Shown in pieces: positions 1 through 9,451 of a stretch of DNA of 60,175 nt. The stretch spans positions 1 to 60,175 of IMG/VR virus record IMGVR_UViG_3300037424_000199. The stretch is one strand, 5' to 3'. Source of the stretch: a virus. Taxonomy: Duplodnaviria > Caudoviricetes. The translations under genes were made by a program, and so were the position numbers. Position 1 is the stretch's first letter; the number at the start of each line of letters is the position of its first letter. Under the pieces are notes generated by a model, which worked only from the letters and a program-made list of their open reading frames with translations, had not been told where the DNA came from and ran no database searches.

Positions 1-127
1 GACCGCCAGAGATACCAGCCTTTGCAGCGATATCCTTCTGTTGCCATCCAAGATCAAGCAAACGCTTAAACACCTTGGCTTGCTCCAGTGAAGTAAGCTG
101 CTTACCGCTATTATGAACAATCTGGCT
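1..127. repeat. Terminal direct repeat, copy 1 (identical to 60049-60175); circular-assembly overlap
   Basis: gaccgccagagatacc...gaacaatctggct occurs at both ends and cuts through a continuous ORF. Confidence 0.95.
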
Positions 128-448
128 GAAAATACGATCAGCTTCATTAGCGTGCCGGTCCTCAACCATCACTGGTACGGTTTTGATTTCAACACCAGCT
201 TCAATCAAATGCCGCACAGCCTGAAGTCGGCAATGACCATCAGTCACATAAACAATCTCGTTTTCCATGTAACAAACGAGAGGCTTCTTAACGCCAACTT
301 CTTTAATGGAAGAAGCCAATTCAGCGATATGATTAGCATTTGCCGGATCAGTTGCATCCCGGCTATTCCAGCCTTCCTTGATCTGAATGATAGCCGGGTC
401 AAGTCGGTACAAATCGGAACGTCCAGTTGCCACATCTTTGATTGCCAT
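1..448 (-). CDS. ParB-like protein, 5' part (continues across the circular junction into 60048..59672; 274 aa in total)
   Basis: Manual translation from ATG at 448: MAIKDVATGRSDLYRLDP...LASSIKEVGVKKPL...VTDGHCRLQAV...HNSGKQLTSLEQAKVFKRL; ParB N-terminal motifs (SI...G...P, DGHxR). Joined length 825 nt is in frame. Confidence 0.85.
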   Translation of the reverse strand, partial: MAIKDVATGRSDLYRLDPAIIQIKEGWNSRDATDPANANHIAELASSIKEVGVKKPLVCYMENEIVYVTDGHCRLQAVRHLIEAGVEIKTVPVMVEDRHANEADRIFSQIVHNSGKQLTSLEQAKVFKRLLDLGWQQKDIAAKAGISGG

Positions 449-485
449 TGTGATATTCTCCATTTGGGTTGTTTGCAGTAATGAC

Positions 486-514
486 ACTATGGACGGTTTT
501 GCCCATAGTGTCAA
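486..514 (-). promoter_or_regulatory. sigma70-like promoter of the ParB-like gene, inside an 11-bp inverted repeat
   Basis: TTGACA-17-CATAGT on the minus strand; tgacactatgg (482-492) / ccatagtgtca (503-513). Confidence 0.75.
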
Positions 515-523
515 CTTTAATTG

Positions 524-787
524 TTAATGTGATTTGATATCCTGAAGCTCGCCAGCAATAGTAAGCTTAGCTACCCATTCAATGAAGAAGTACCAAGCAC
601 CAGAGCAGAACCTATCATTAAAAGGGGAACGTTTCCAATGCTGCATCATGGCGGGAGGGCCGATGCGATCAACCTTAACCACCAGAACAGGGGGATAACC
701 AAAAATACCGCTTTCCATCTGCTCACAGGTGATAATGAAACCCAACTTTTCAGCTTGAACCTTAGCAGCTTGATACATCGCGTTCAT
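524..787 (-). CDS. Hypothetical early protein
   Basis: ORF with GGAGGA RBS and its own promoter (815-843). Confidence 0.7.
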   Translation of the reverse strand: MNAMYQAAKVQAEKLGFIITCEQMESGIFGYPPVLVVKVDRIGPPAMMQHWKRSPFNDRFCSGAWYFFIEWVAKLTIAGELQDIKSH

Positions 788-814
788 TTGCTCTGTCCTC
801 CAGTTGATACAATA

Positions 815-843
815 ATCATATAGGGATTGATTTTCTACGTCAA
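815..843 (-). promoter_or_regulatory. sigma70-like early promoter
   Basis: TTGACG-17-TATGAT. Confidence 0.7.
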
Positions 844-856
844 CCCCTATTTTAAA

Positions 857-1066
857 TTATTTTACATTTTTAATTAAATCATGTTCCATAGTCACAATGC
901 CAAACCATTCGCATCCAAGCTTGGTAATATGAGGGCGGTTACATACAGTAATATCACCATTTGACTTGTATTCAGAGCCAAACATAGAGGTTTCAATGAA
1001 CTTAAGCCGGGAGCCGATAGCTTCCTTACAGGCTTTTTTGGAAGGGTAGCGAGCAATCAAGGTCAT
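857..1066 (-). CDS. Hypothetical early protein
   Basis: ORF with GGAG RBS and promoter at 1097-1125. Confidence 0.7.
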   Translation of the reverse strand: MTLIARYPSKKACKEAIGSRLKFIETSMFGSEYKSNGDITVCNRPHITKLGCEWFGIVTMEHDLIKNVK

Positions 1067-1096
1067 AGGCTGTACTCCATTTGTTAAAGTACAGCC

Positions 1097-1125
1097 TATT
1101 TATACGATTGATTTGGGTATGTCAA
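1097..1125 (-). promoter_or_regulatory. sigma70-like early promoter
   Basis: TTGACA-17-TAAATA. Confidence 0.6.
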
Positions 1126-1128
1126 TAG

Positions 1129-1611
1129 CTAAAGTTTACCCTCCAAATAATTAATCAATACATCCTTAGCTTCAATCCAGCTATAGCATACAGCAATAAA
1201 ATAGCCGCTGCTTTCTAAAGCTGCCAACCATTCTATCTGTTCATCTGAGCAGCCACCATTCTTGCGATTACGATACTTTTCATGCTTCATTTCGATAAAT
1301 AAACCATGATATGAAGGCAAGCTTACTAATCCATAAGGATCAGGCAAAAATACATCTGGCACTCCCGATCTAGTACCAGTAGCTACCATCTTAGTTGCTT
1401 CAGCAATATGCCGACTGCCACCATTAGGAATAGCAAACAGCCATGCCAATTGCGGGTATGTGCCCACATTATCAGCAGCCCATGCAAACAACGCCGCTTG
1501 ATGCCCGTCCTCAGTACCAGACTTCGCCAAAGCTTCAGGGGTAATCTTCTTACCCCTTGGCTGTGGTGCTGGTACAAATTTAGGTGGATTGCCCCAAGTC
1601 ATCGCATACAC
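1129..1611 (-). CDS. VRR-NUC domain nuclease (Holliday-junction-resolvase-like)
   Basis: LFAIPNGG, GVPDVFL, GLFIEMK and SDEQIEWL..L...GY motifs. Confidence 0.85.
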   Translation of the reverse strand: MYAMTWGNPPKFVPAPQPRGKKITPEALAKSGTEDGHQAALFAWAADNVGTYPQLAWLFAIPNGGSRHIAEATKMVATGTRSGVPDVFLPDPYGLVSLPSYHGLFIEMKHEKYRNRKNGGCSDEQIEWLAALESSGYFIAVCYSWIEAKDVLINYLEGKL

Positions 1612-1797
1612 TCAGCATGAGCTATAACCATTATTACAGGTCCCATGATCGCCATTGTCGCGCCTAGTGCAAACCATATATGGCACGTCATCTTACAAAA
1701 TCCACAATAGGCTTAGCAATCTGATACCAAATTAGCAAGCCCCCACCTATCATTGCAATCCATAATACAATACTAATCCAGTCTGGTTTCCATTCTG

Positions 1798-2046
1798 TCA
1801 TTCTCTATCCTTTGGCTCAATAGCACCATCTTTTGTTAAACGATTAATGATATGCAGCTTTAAGATTTCAAGACTGCTAATAATAGCATACGCAGTACCG
1901 GGAGCCATTGCAATCTGTAATTCAGGTTCCCCATCTTTATTAAGCATTACAAATACTAGTGACTTAATTTCTCCATCTGCATTAGCCAATACTAATTGTT
2001 TAACGGCATCTTCTACTGATGGGTCACTCATTGATGATAGCATCAA
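1798..2046 (-). CDS. Hypothetical protein
   Basis: ORF in a tightly packed minus-strand run. Confidence 0.6.
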   Translation of the reverse strand: MMLSSMSDPSVEDAVKQLVLANADGEIKSLVFVMLNKDGEPELQIAMAPGTAYAIISSLEILKLHIINRLTKDGAIEPKDRE

Positions 2047-2233
2047 TCATAGCAATAAAAATCGAAGAAGGGCTATCTTCAACAAAGCATTGTTCTAGTC
2101 CAGCTTCTAACATATTTCCAGTAGGCTCTCGCATAGCTTTAATACAAGCTAAAGCAATTCCTTTATCATCACAATCTGCTTCAATAGCTAATCTTACAGC
2201 ATTAGTACAACGTTCAATCATCTCATTATCCAT
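2024..2233 (-). CDS. Hypothetical protein (AIKAMREPT..ML.AG-type small phage protein)
   Basis: AAGGA RBS; similar motif (LREP...YIDA) in 15128..15394. Confidence 0.65.
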   Translation of the reverse strand: MDNEMIERCTNAVRLAIEADCDDKGIALACIKAMREPTGNMLEAGLEQCFVEDSPSSIFIAMIDAIINE

Positions 2234-2254
2234 TAGTAATTCCTTTTGTTAGTC

Positions 2255-2395
2255 GCGTTAGTCATTATCCTTATGCCTGCCCCGCAATGAGAAAGGTGTA
2301 TCATGGCAAGCTAGACACTATTAGCCCCAGCAGGATAACTATTTTGCTTCGCGCATATGACCCTAACGCTAGCCATTCAGGAGGATGATACACCT
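2255..2395 (-). ncRNA. Candidate structured intergenic RNA with crossing helices
   Basis: Complementary pairs 2294-2304/2385-2395 (11 bp), 2255-2261/2363-2369 and 2265-2271/2332-2338. Confidence 0.45.
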
Positions 2396-4153
2396 AGCTC
2401 TTAGATTTCATATTCATTATATTCATATAAGCTTCATATTCTTTACTACTCATCACAATAGGCTGCTTATTAGCGATCTCTAGCTTATCAGCAATACGCT
2501 TCAAGCTGATAGCAATGGAAACAATAGCGGTAGCTTTTAAGCTCTCCATATCATTAGCACTCATAGGAAAAGCTAACATAGGTTCAAACTTATCTATAGT
2601 CTCATTAAATTCTTTCTCATTATCGTATCCTACTTCTGTCATTCTACATTCCTCCAATCTACCCGATATACCATGACAGATATAACACAGCAACGCAACA
2701 GAAAATAAACTCAACAAACAGTACGATATCAATTTTAGTTATTTTAAAATTTTTCATTTCCCATCCTCTGCTGCCATACGTTCAAAAATATCCTGCACCG
2801 TTTGATTGTCAGAGTAAAGCTCTATTGCTAAAGCTTGCCTAACTTCAACATACAATGATTGATGGGTAAGCCTAAAGATATCAGTAGCAGGGATCGCTAA
2901 CAGTCCGAGATAAAAATCTGCTAGAAGATGTTTATGATTATTCATTCTTCCTTCTCCACCTTAACGTAACCTTCCATGATAGTAAGCTTAGCTTTAGGAT
3001 ATTCAAACTTCAGCTTATCATGTAATCGGTTAACATCATCGCTAAAGATACCGAGTATCTTACCAGTTGCTAGCACATATTCAACGCTATGGAGCATCAT
3101 TTTTGATTTGCCTTGCTCCTCATGATGCATTTTCATTTAACACCTGTCTTAACAATACGATATCCTTTAACATGTAAAGCTATAATAAGCCAATCGTTAA
3201 AAGGCTTTGACTTATCCGATTTAAGCCACAAATTTAAAATTTCTTCAATCAATGGCCTAAGTATTATTATTTCTTCTGGTTTATAAGTTTTATTTATATA
3301 GCTCATTTCAGCCTCACATGAATACGATAGATAACACAACTAGTCATGAATGGGGCATCATAACAAAAGCCTTGCCACTGCTTTAATCCATTAGAATACA
3401 CATTTATCCAACATTCTTTCATTCCACACCTTCCCCGCACTTCACACAATAAGGAACATATCCCTTATCGGTAAATCTGATCTTCCATCCCTTATCGCTA
3501 GCACAATTATTTAATGCTGCAAAGCTTTTTGTTTGAGGGTCTAGGATTGCTCCACAAGCGCATTCATAATAAATGTGGGCATCAGGATTAGCGTAAGGGT
3601 CGTGAGTTGGCTTTAAATTTTGATAATTTTTTTCTATAAGTTGTAAACTTTTAAATTCAGCTTGTCTAAAATCAGCTTCACTAATTTCCTCATATTTTCC
3701 GTTTTTAAATAAAGCATAAGCTGTAGTATCAGCTACTTCGTGATCTACAGTTATTATCACTTCTGGCTTAACTGATGTAGGCCAATCACTTCCCCAGCCC
3801 ATTGCCAATCTCCTATGGAGCATATTTAAAAACTAAACTTATCAAAGCTATTCCAATGCATACAATAGATGGTATTGGATTAGGCCATAATGTGCCTAAA
3901 AAGAATGCTAATATTATTGCAATTATTGCTATTGTAATCATTAATTCCATCCCCATGTACCAATACATCCAGCAATCAAGAGCCCGTATATTGCGACGCC
4001 TGAAGCGATCAGATCGGCCTTCCGATCGTCACTCATGGCCGATATTTTTCGGTTTAACGCATTGGCTGTCTCGACCTGATCCAGCCACACGCCGCAAGCG
4101 ATTATGACCGCAACAGCGAGAATGATTGTGATAAGGTCGGTGAGGTGTTTCAT
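2394..4153 (-). other. Run of small hypothetical early genes (2394-2732, 2754-2945, 2942-3136, 3133-3339, 3419-3823 with Cys pairs, 3941-4153 membrane protein)
   Basis: Abutting or overlapping minus-strand ORFs; no recognisable family. Confidence 0.6.
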
Positions 4154-4323
4154 GGATTTGAGCCGTCTTGTATGTTCGCCAGTGCGTCGTAGACTTCCTC
4201 AGTATCAATCCCGAGCCGGTCTGCCGTAATTTGAACGAGAAATTCGGTGCTCTTATCGTCTCCGAATTCGTCCCACGCCATCATGAAGCACCGATTAATG
4301 GTTTCTGTTATGCTCTCGCTCAT
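4150..4323 (-). CDS. Hypothetical protein, 57 aa (MSESITETINRCF...), not in the ORF track
   Basis: ATGA overlaps with both neighbours; GGAGG RBS; GC-richer patch. Confidence 0.6.
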   Translation of the reverse strand: MSESITETINRCFMMAWDEFGDDKSTEFLVQITADRLGIDTEEVYDALANIQDGSNP

Positions 4324-4487
4324 ATCCCCTCCCTCCGGTCATTCAGCTTCCGCCATTCCACCTCAAGCGCGCTGCTCATGGCGACGAACGCCAGTAGACG
4401 TTCCTCCAGCGTATCGCCGGGGATTTCTGACAGGATGCCCATTGCGGCCGCAATTTGTGAATTGGCATCATCTGCTGAATACTTCAT
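4320..4487 (-). CDS. Hypothetical protein, 55 aa (MKYSADDANSQ...), not in the ORF track
   Basis: ATGA overlaps with both neighbours. Confidence 0.55.
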   Translation of the reverse strand: MKYSADDANSQIAAAMGILSEIPGDTLEERLLAFVAMSSALEVEWRKLNDRREGI

Positions 4488-5509
4488 AGCATCTTCTCAA
4501 CTTCAGCCACACTTTCCGTGACAAAGAAGTAATGCTTATCTTGCATATTAATATGTGTATCTCTGCCTTCTTTGGATTTCTTAATAGATAGAATGAAAGC
4601 AGTATTTAGCATTACAGGTTCGGTATGACCATTAGTGTAATGCTCAGTTAGCTTAATAAATTTAGCAGTCATGATGCTTTCTTCTCCATTCGTTCCACAC
4701 CAATCATTGTATATTTTCCCCAAAGTACACTTCTAACACCATAACCTTTATGTTCTAGTGCTACTCTTACTATATTATTAGGCCAATTAATACTATTAAT
4801 TGTAACACTATTAACCTTCTCACCACTGCCCACAATATCACCTATTTGAAGGTGCTGAGCTTGGACGCGGGTTTTCATTTGTACCTCACAATTTTATCAG
4901 CAGTAAGATTAGTATAACCATATCTATTAAGCTCAGCAATAGCTAATGCTACAGCATCTGCTCTAGTATCATCATAGCTAAATACAGTTATAGCTGGCTT
5001 AGCTGGTTTACCAGCAGCAGTTAGACCATTACATTTAACATCATATTGTACACCATGCTTGAACCAACCTAACTGTCTATAAGCGCGCATTGCGTAGCTC
5101 CCTGCTAGCCTTAGCAAGTGCAACATCAACCGCGTCCATGTTGCTATTCTTGGTGTACAAATGCCATCGCCACGCTTTCATATGCTCGTTATGCTGCACA
5201 TTAAAAAATGCCTCCAGCATGGCTTCAAAGCCATTGGAGGTATTAGCAAAACTTATATTTGATATTTGCATTTCAGACGCTCCGTTCGTTGCCGCAAATC
5301 AGACTTTAGACGTTTAAGTTAGATTGTCAATCATCAAAATTATAAGTACTGGCAAGCTTCATTTCAGCTCTATGAGCATTGCGAGCAACTTCTACTAAAG
5401 CTTCACCATTTTCTTCAGTATCGAGAGCAGCTTTAATGCGGTCAATCAGCGCAACTAATGCTACCACTTCCTTAGCCATTGATATAGCTGCCGTTAAACT
5501 TTTATCCAT
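4484..5509 (-). other. Small hypothetical early genes (4484-4723, 4669-4878, 4875-5129, 5077-5271, 5327-5509)
   Basis: Contiguous ORFs; promoters at 5303-5330 (TTGACA-16-TAAAGT) and 5541-5568 (TTGACT-16-TATGGT). Confidence 0.6.
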
Positions 5510-5720
5510 CTGCTTTGCTCCATTCGTTCGGTACAGTCAAACCATAGAAGTTTAGAAATTAAAGTCAACAGCTATTATATGCTATAAGGAAAATCATTAT
5601 CATTATCAGCTTTTGGTGTACCAACATAAACACCAACATAAAAAACCCTATAGCCTCTAAATATAGCAGGACTATAGCTGCCCATTGTCATGAATACAGC
5701 TATAGTCCAGTTGTCAAACA

Positions 5721-6062
5721 TTAGTTCGTGTTTCTACCGGCAGTATCAAGAATATCTCCAAGCGTAGCACCTTCTTTAAGAAGCTTGCTAACCCAATGCT
5801 TTTCAACAGCATCCTTAGCTTCTTTCAGGAAAGCTCCAGTCATATTGCGATAGCACTTGATAGCTTCAATCTTCTGTGTGCCCTGAGTCATCAGAAACAA
5901 GAGCCGATCAACATCCTCAGCACTGGCCATACCTGACTTAGGCTCAGGAATATTAATGTCAGTCAAGCTATCAAGTTGCTCAACTTCCCATTCACCAGCG
6001 CTCATTCCATTAGACACACAATGAGCGACCAGCTTAGCAAACTTAATCTTATCAAGCTTCAT
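5721..6062 (-). CDS. Protein with ribosomal protein bL12 (L7/L12) C-terminal-like domain
   Basis: KIEAIKCYRNMTGAFLKEAKDAVE matches the K(I/V).(A/V)IK..R..TG.GLKEAK..VE signature. Confidence 0.75.
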   Translation of the reverse strand: MKLDKIKFAKLVAHCVSNGMSAGEWEVEQLDSLTDINIPEPKSGMASAEDVDRLLFLMTQGTQKIEAIKCYRNMTGAFLKEAKDAVEKHWVSKLLKEGATLGDILDTAGRNTN

Positions 6063-6225
6063 TTGTTATGTTCCTTTCTAATTCTGTTATGAAAATCTTT
6101 AGTTGTCTCACCATATTTAGCTTGCCAAAGCTTACCGTATTTCTTTGACAGCACCCCTATAGATTGAACGCAAGCCTTACAATGACAACGCAACGAACGC
6201 TGATTTGTAAGCTTACGTTCAAGCT

Positions 6226-6652
6226 TCATGTGTCATTCTCCATTTTGTTGATAGCGATAATATATCTTAAAATCTCTTTACGCTTTTGTCTAGGAATAGC
6301 TAGAAAGTCAGACTTATGCTTCATCGCGTGCCTGAGATAATCCTTAGGCTTAGTGGGGAAGTGCAAAACCATTCCCCACCCAAGCCATAGCTTAATATCT
6401 CTTACTTCATCATCCGATAGCATCAATCTGCTTCCAATTCATCCCAAGCAGCCCATGAGCCTCACGATAGAACCGGCAATCATCAGCAGCCTTTCCCCAA
6501 GCTAGCTCATTCTTTCCTTCCTGCCCAAAAATGGTGCAGCAATCCACTTCAGAGCCCTTCATCTTGGTATTCCAAGCCTTGCGCTCGATTTGCTCCAGAA
6601 CCTTCAATGCTTGATGCTTGCTCATTTTGCTCTCCGTTTCCAATACATACAC
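6226..6652 (-). other. Two hypothetical early genes (6226-6426, 6410-6652)
   Basis: ORFs downstream of promoter TTGACT-16-TATAAG (6652-6679). Confidence 0.6.
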
Positions 6653-6710
6653 TTATAAACGTATCAATTGATAAGTCAACAGATATTTTAAACTATTTTA
6701 AAATTTAAAG

Positions 6711-6847
6711 TGCTAGCGTCTGCCTGACTTCTGAGCCCTTGTGTCTCAAATTCTATGCGAGTTGGCAGCTACCGTCGATACAGATAACTTTAGTCCGCTA
6801 GCATCATTAGCACAGCATATGACCTTTGCCGGAAATGCTACGCTAAT
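6711..6847 (-). ncRNA. Candidate structured intergenic RNA
   Basis: tgctagcg 6711-6718 / cgctagca 6796-6803 closes nested stems; second hairpin at 6806-6847. Confidence 0.4.
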
Positions 6848-7011
6848 TCCTTACGCTTGTAAATCCTAACAGGCTTCTTAGCCGCCACAGCAGGCTTATC
6901 ACCAGCCCTGAGACGCATGTAGAACGTCATATAAGGCACGCCAGCAGCTTCAGCCGCCAATCGGATAGACTTAAAAGACTTCTTCTTAGTACCAAGGGAT
7001 ACGAGTTTCAT
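6838..7011 (-). CDS. Small basic HTH-like DNA-binding protein, 57 aa, not in the ORF track
   Basis: MKLVSLGTKKKSFKSIRLAAEAAGVPYMTFYMRLRAG...; GGAG RBS. Confidence 0.6.
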   Translation of the reverse strand: MKLVSLGTKKKSFKSIRLAAEAAGVPYMTFYMRLRAGDKPAVAAKKPVRIYKRKELA

Positions 7012-7216
7012 TTTACATTACTCCAATAAATTCACCAAAATTATCAAAAGCCACAATGTACCAATGATTATCAGAAGCTTGCTTAACTTCAAAAGTCCAA
7101 TCGCTTTTACCAATAGCATTAATTTCATCTTGAACCATTTTAGCCTTAGCTTTATCAGCTTCATTCTTATTCATATATCGGTTGTTCATTTTCTCATTCC
7201 TCCATTTGATTTGTCC

Positions 7217-7245
7217 ACTATGGACGGATTAGTTTAGATTGTCAA
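7217..7245 (-). promoter_or_regulatory. sigma70-like early promoter
   Basis: TTGACA-17-CATAGT; shares CCGTCCATAGTG with the promoter at 486-514. Confidence 0.7.
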
Positions 7246-7372
7246 CCTTCAGCAAACAAATATTGATCAGCAGCGTATTCAGTAAAGCCATAGCGGCCAA
7301 GCATCATAATAGCTTGTTCATAGCTAATTGTGCTTTCATAGCGATATGCAAACCTAATTTGTTCCTTTGTCA

Positions 7373-9034
7373 TTAAATATTCTCCACCCTATGAGAAGTG
7401 ATTGCCTTAGTCCAAGCCTGCTTGCTTTCAACCCAACGTACAGAATGAACGCGCTGGCCATCGAAAGCGTCTTTACATTCAACAACCTTAAATTTAAATA
7501 TTTTACCGTCTACAGTGTAATCATATTCATCACCGGGTTTGTAAGACTTCATTTCTATATCCCCCGTTTGCCTATGATTAGAATATATACGGTTGATTTG
7601 GATAGTCAACTATTATTTTAAATTATTTTCTACCGCACTGCACCATCATACGATCTAATCAATATAAACTTTTGCTTCCATTCCTCAATCGAATAGCTCT
7701 CCTCTATATTAATCCTTTCCACCTGATCCCATAGCTTCTTACATTCTTCGTCTGATGGATAATAGATTTGTTTGCCATCTTTAAGAAACAGAGCTTTGAT
7801 TGTACGTGTCACTTCAAATATCCCTTTGTCGTCGCGTCAAGCCTATCTTTAATATATCTATCAATATCATCCCAATACTTATACTTTTCCAAGCCTTCTT
7901 TAATTATTTGTACAATACCTCTATCTAATTGCCATTCCTCTAAACCAATTCTATTAGCTGCTTTAATTATTATGTCTTTATCAGTCATTTTAAACGCTCC
8001 TCTAGCCAAAGCTTCAACAAATGAGCTTGATTGCGATCTAAGATCAAATCACATTCGCTTTCTGGGTTAGATATTTCAAATATTATTTTATTATTTTCAG
8101 TCTTAGCTTTTAATCTCACGTATTCATTATCCAATACTAATTCTTTCATACTCATTTCTTCAACTCCCTTATCCTAGCCGCTGCTTTACATTCTAATACT
8201 TTATCACATTCCTTAGCTGCTTTATCCAGAGCAGCATTCCAGACTTCTCTAGCATATCTATGCTGTGGTTTAACAACCATTTTTTCAATATCTTCACTAG
8301 TCATTTTGTACCGCCGTACAGGTTTAAGTTAAGTTATCATCTTTAACAGTAGCGCATCCTACTATTAAAACAACAAATATCATAAGGCTCATTACCGATA
8401 TCATACTAACAAATAATATAAAACCTATTATGAACGCTGTCATGTCATCATCATAGATTTGCAGCTACCGTCACAATGAAAGTGAATGTGCTTATGTTTA
8501 CCCATTAATGCAGCATGCCAGTATCCCTCGCAATATGGACATTTAGCTTTAGCTCTTAGTAATCCTTTGGCTTCCATATTCTTTTTCATGATTGATGCTT
8601 TCTTAGGTATTTCACTAAATATCTTATCATAATCAAAATCTTTCATCATCACTCCTTAGGGAATTCAGTTAAAAATTTTATCAACCCTTCTAACTGTTCT
8701 TTATTTAGCACAGCATCATTCCAATTTAAATTTTTATCCGATACGCATATTTTAGCTTCTGGCTTTCCTAATGTAACATATACAGCTATCACTCCAACAT
8801 CAGTTTGAGCAGTATAGCATTTCTGTTTCATATGCCCACACTCACTTTCTTTAGTTTCCTTATTTCTGTTGCTGGCCCAAATTGGTATCCAGCTTGATCG
8901 TATCTAGTATCTTTGTCTACACACTTAGCAGCCGCCTCAATCGCAGCATTCCATATCTTATTATGCTCTATCTCATTCATCTTTTGAACAACAGTTTTCT
9001 TTGGCTGAGTGTCGTCTAGATTATCATCAGTCAT
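7373..9034 (-). other. Run of small hypothetical genes (7373-7553, 7630-7812, 7809-8009, 8440-8652 Zn-ribbon-like, 8649-8831, 8828-9034)
   Basis: Contiguous minus-strand ORFs. Confidence 0.55.
7582..7609 (-). promoter_or_regulatory. sigma70-like early promoter
   Basis: TTGACT-16-TATATT; the gene probably starts at ATG 7553 (MKSYKPGD). Confidence 0.65.
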
Positions 9035-9219
9035 TTTCGTTATTCCATCTTTTCAAAATATTGTTTTAATTCATCCAACTGACTATCAGTCAAAATTATT
9101 ATATTCCAGTGATCTACATTCCAAATCTCAATTGTATTACAATCTTCGTTTTCAACATCAACATTTAACTTTGCGCTATCTGTAATTATAGTTAGTGTCA
9201 TTTTATTCAGTCCTTTCCA

Positions 9220-9450
9220 TACTGTTATACTAGTTTAATGGGGCAAATGAGGCTAAGTGCTTGAAATCTCTAAAAGTATAATAAATATAATATATATAAT
9301 AGATAAATAAATAGGTATATATAGGGGGCTAGGAGGGGGTGCTTCTAACCATTATACTTTATAATCCATTATATTTTGGGTAACTCTTTGAAAGTATTCA
9401 GCTTTTAGCGTTATAATGGCCATTATACTCGCCTTTTTCCATTATACTTT
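9220..9450. promoter_or_regulatory. Putative replication origin
   Basis: Non-coding and very AT-rich; CCATTATA(C/T)T repeats at 9349, 9366, 9420 and 9439, inverted AAAGTATAAT at 9273; directly downstream of the primase gene. Confidence 0.6.
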
Positions 9451-9451
9451 C

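Noticed and set aside
113-481. 122-aa plus-strand ORF and 244..435 minus-strand ORF
   Set aside because: Both overlap the ParB-like gene, which the track missed because it crosses the window junction
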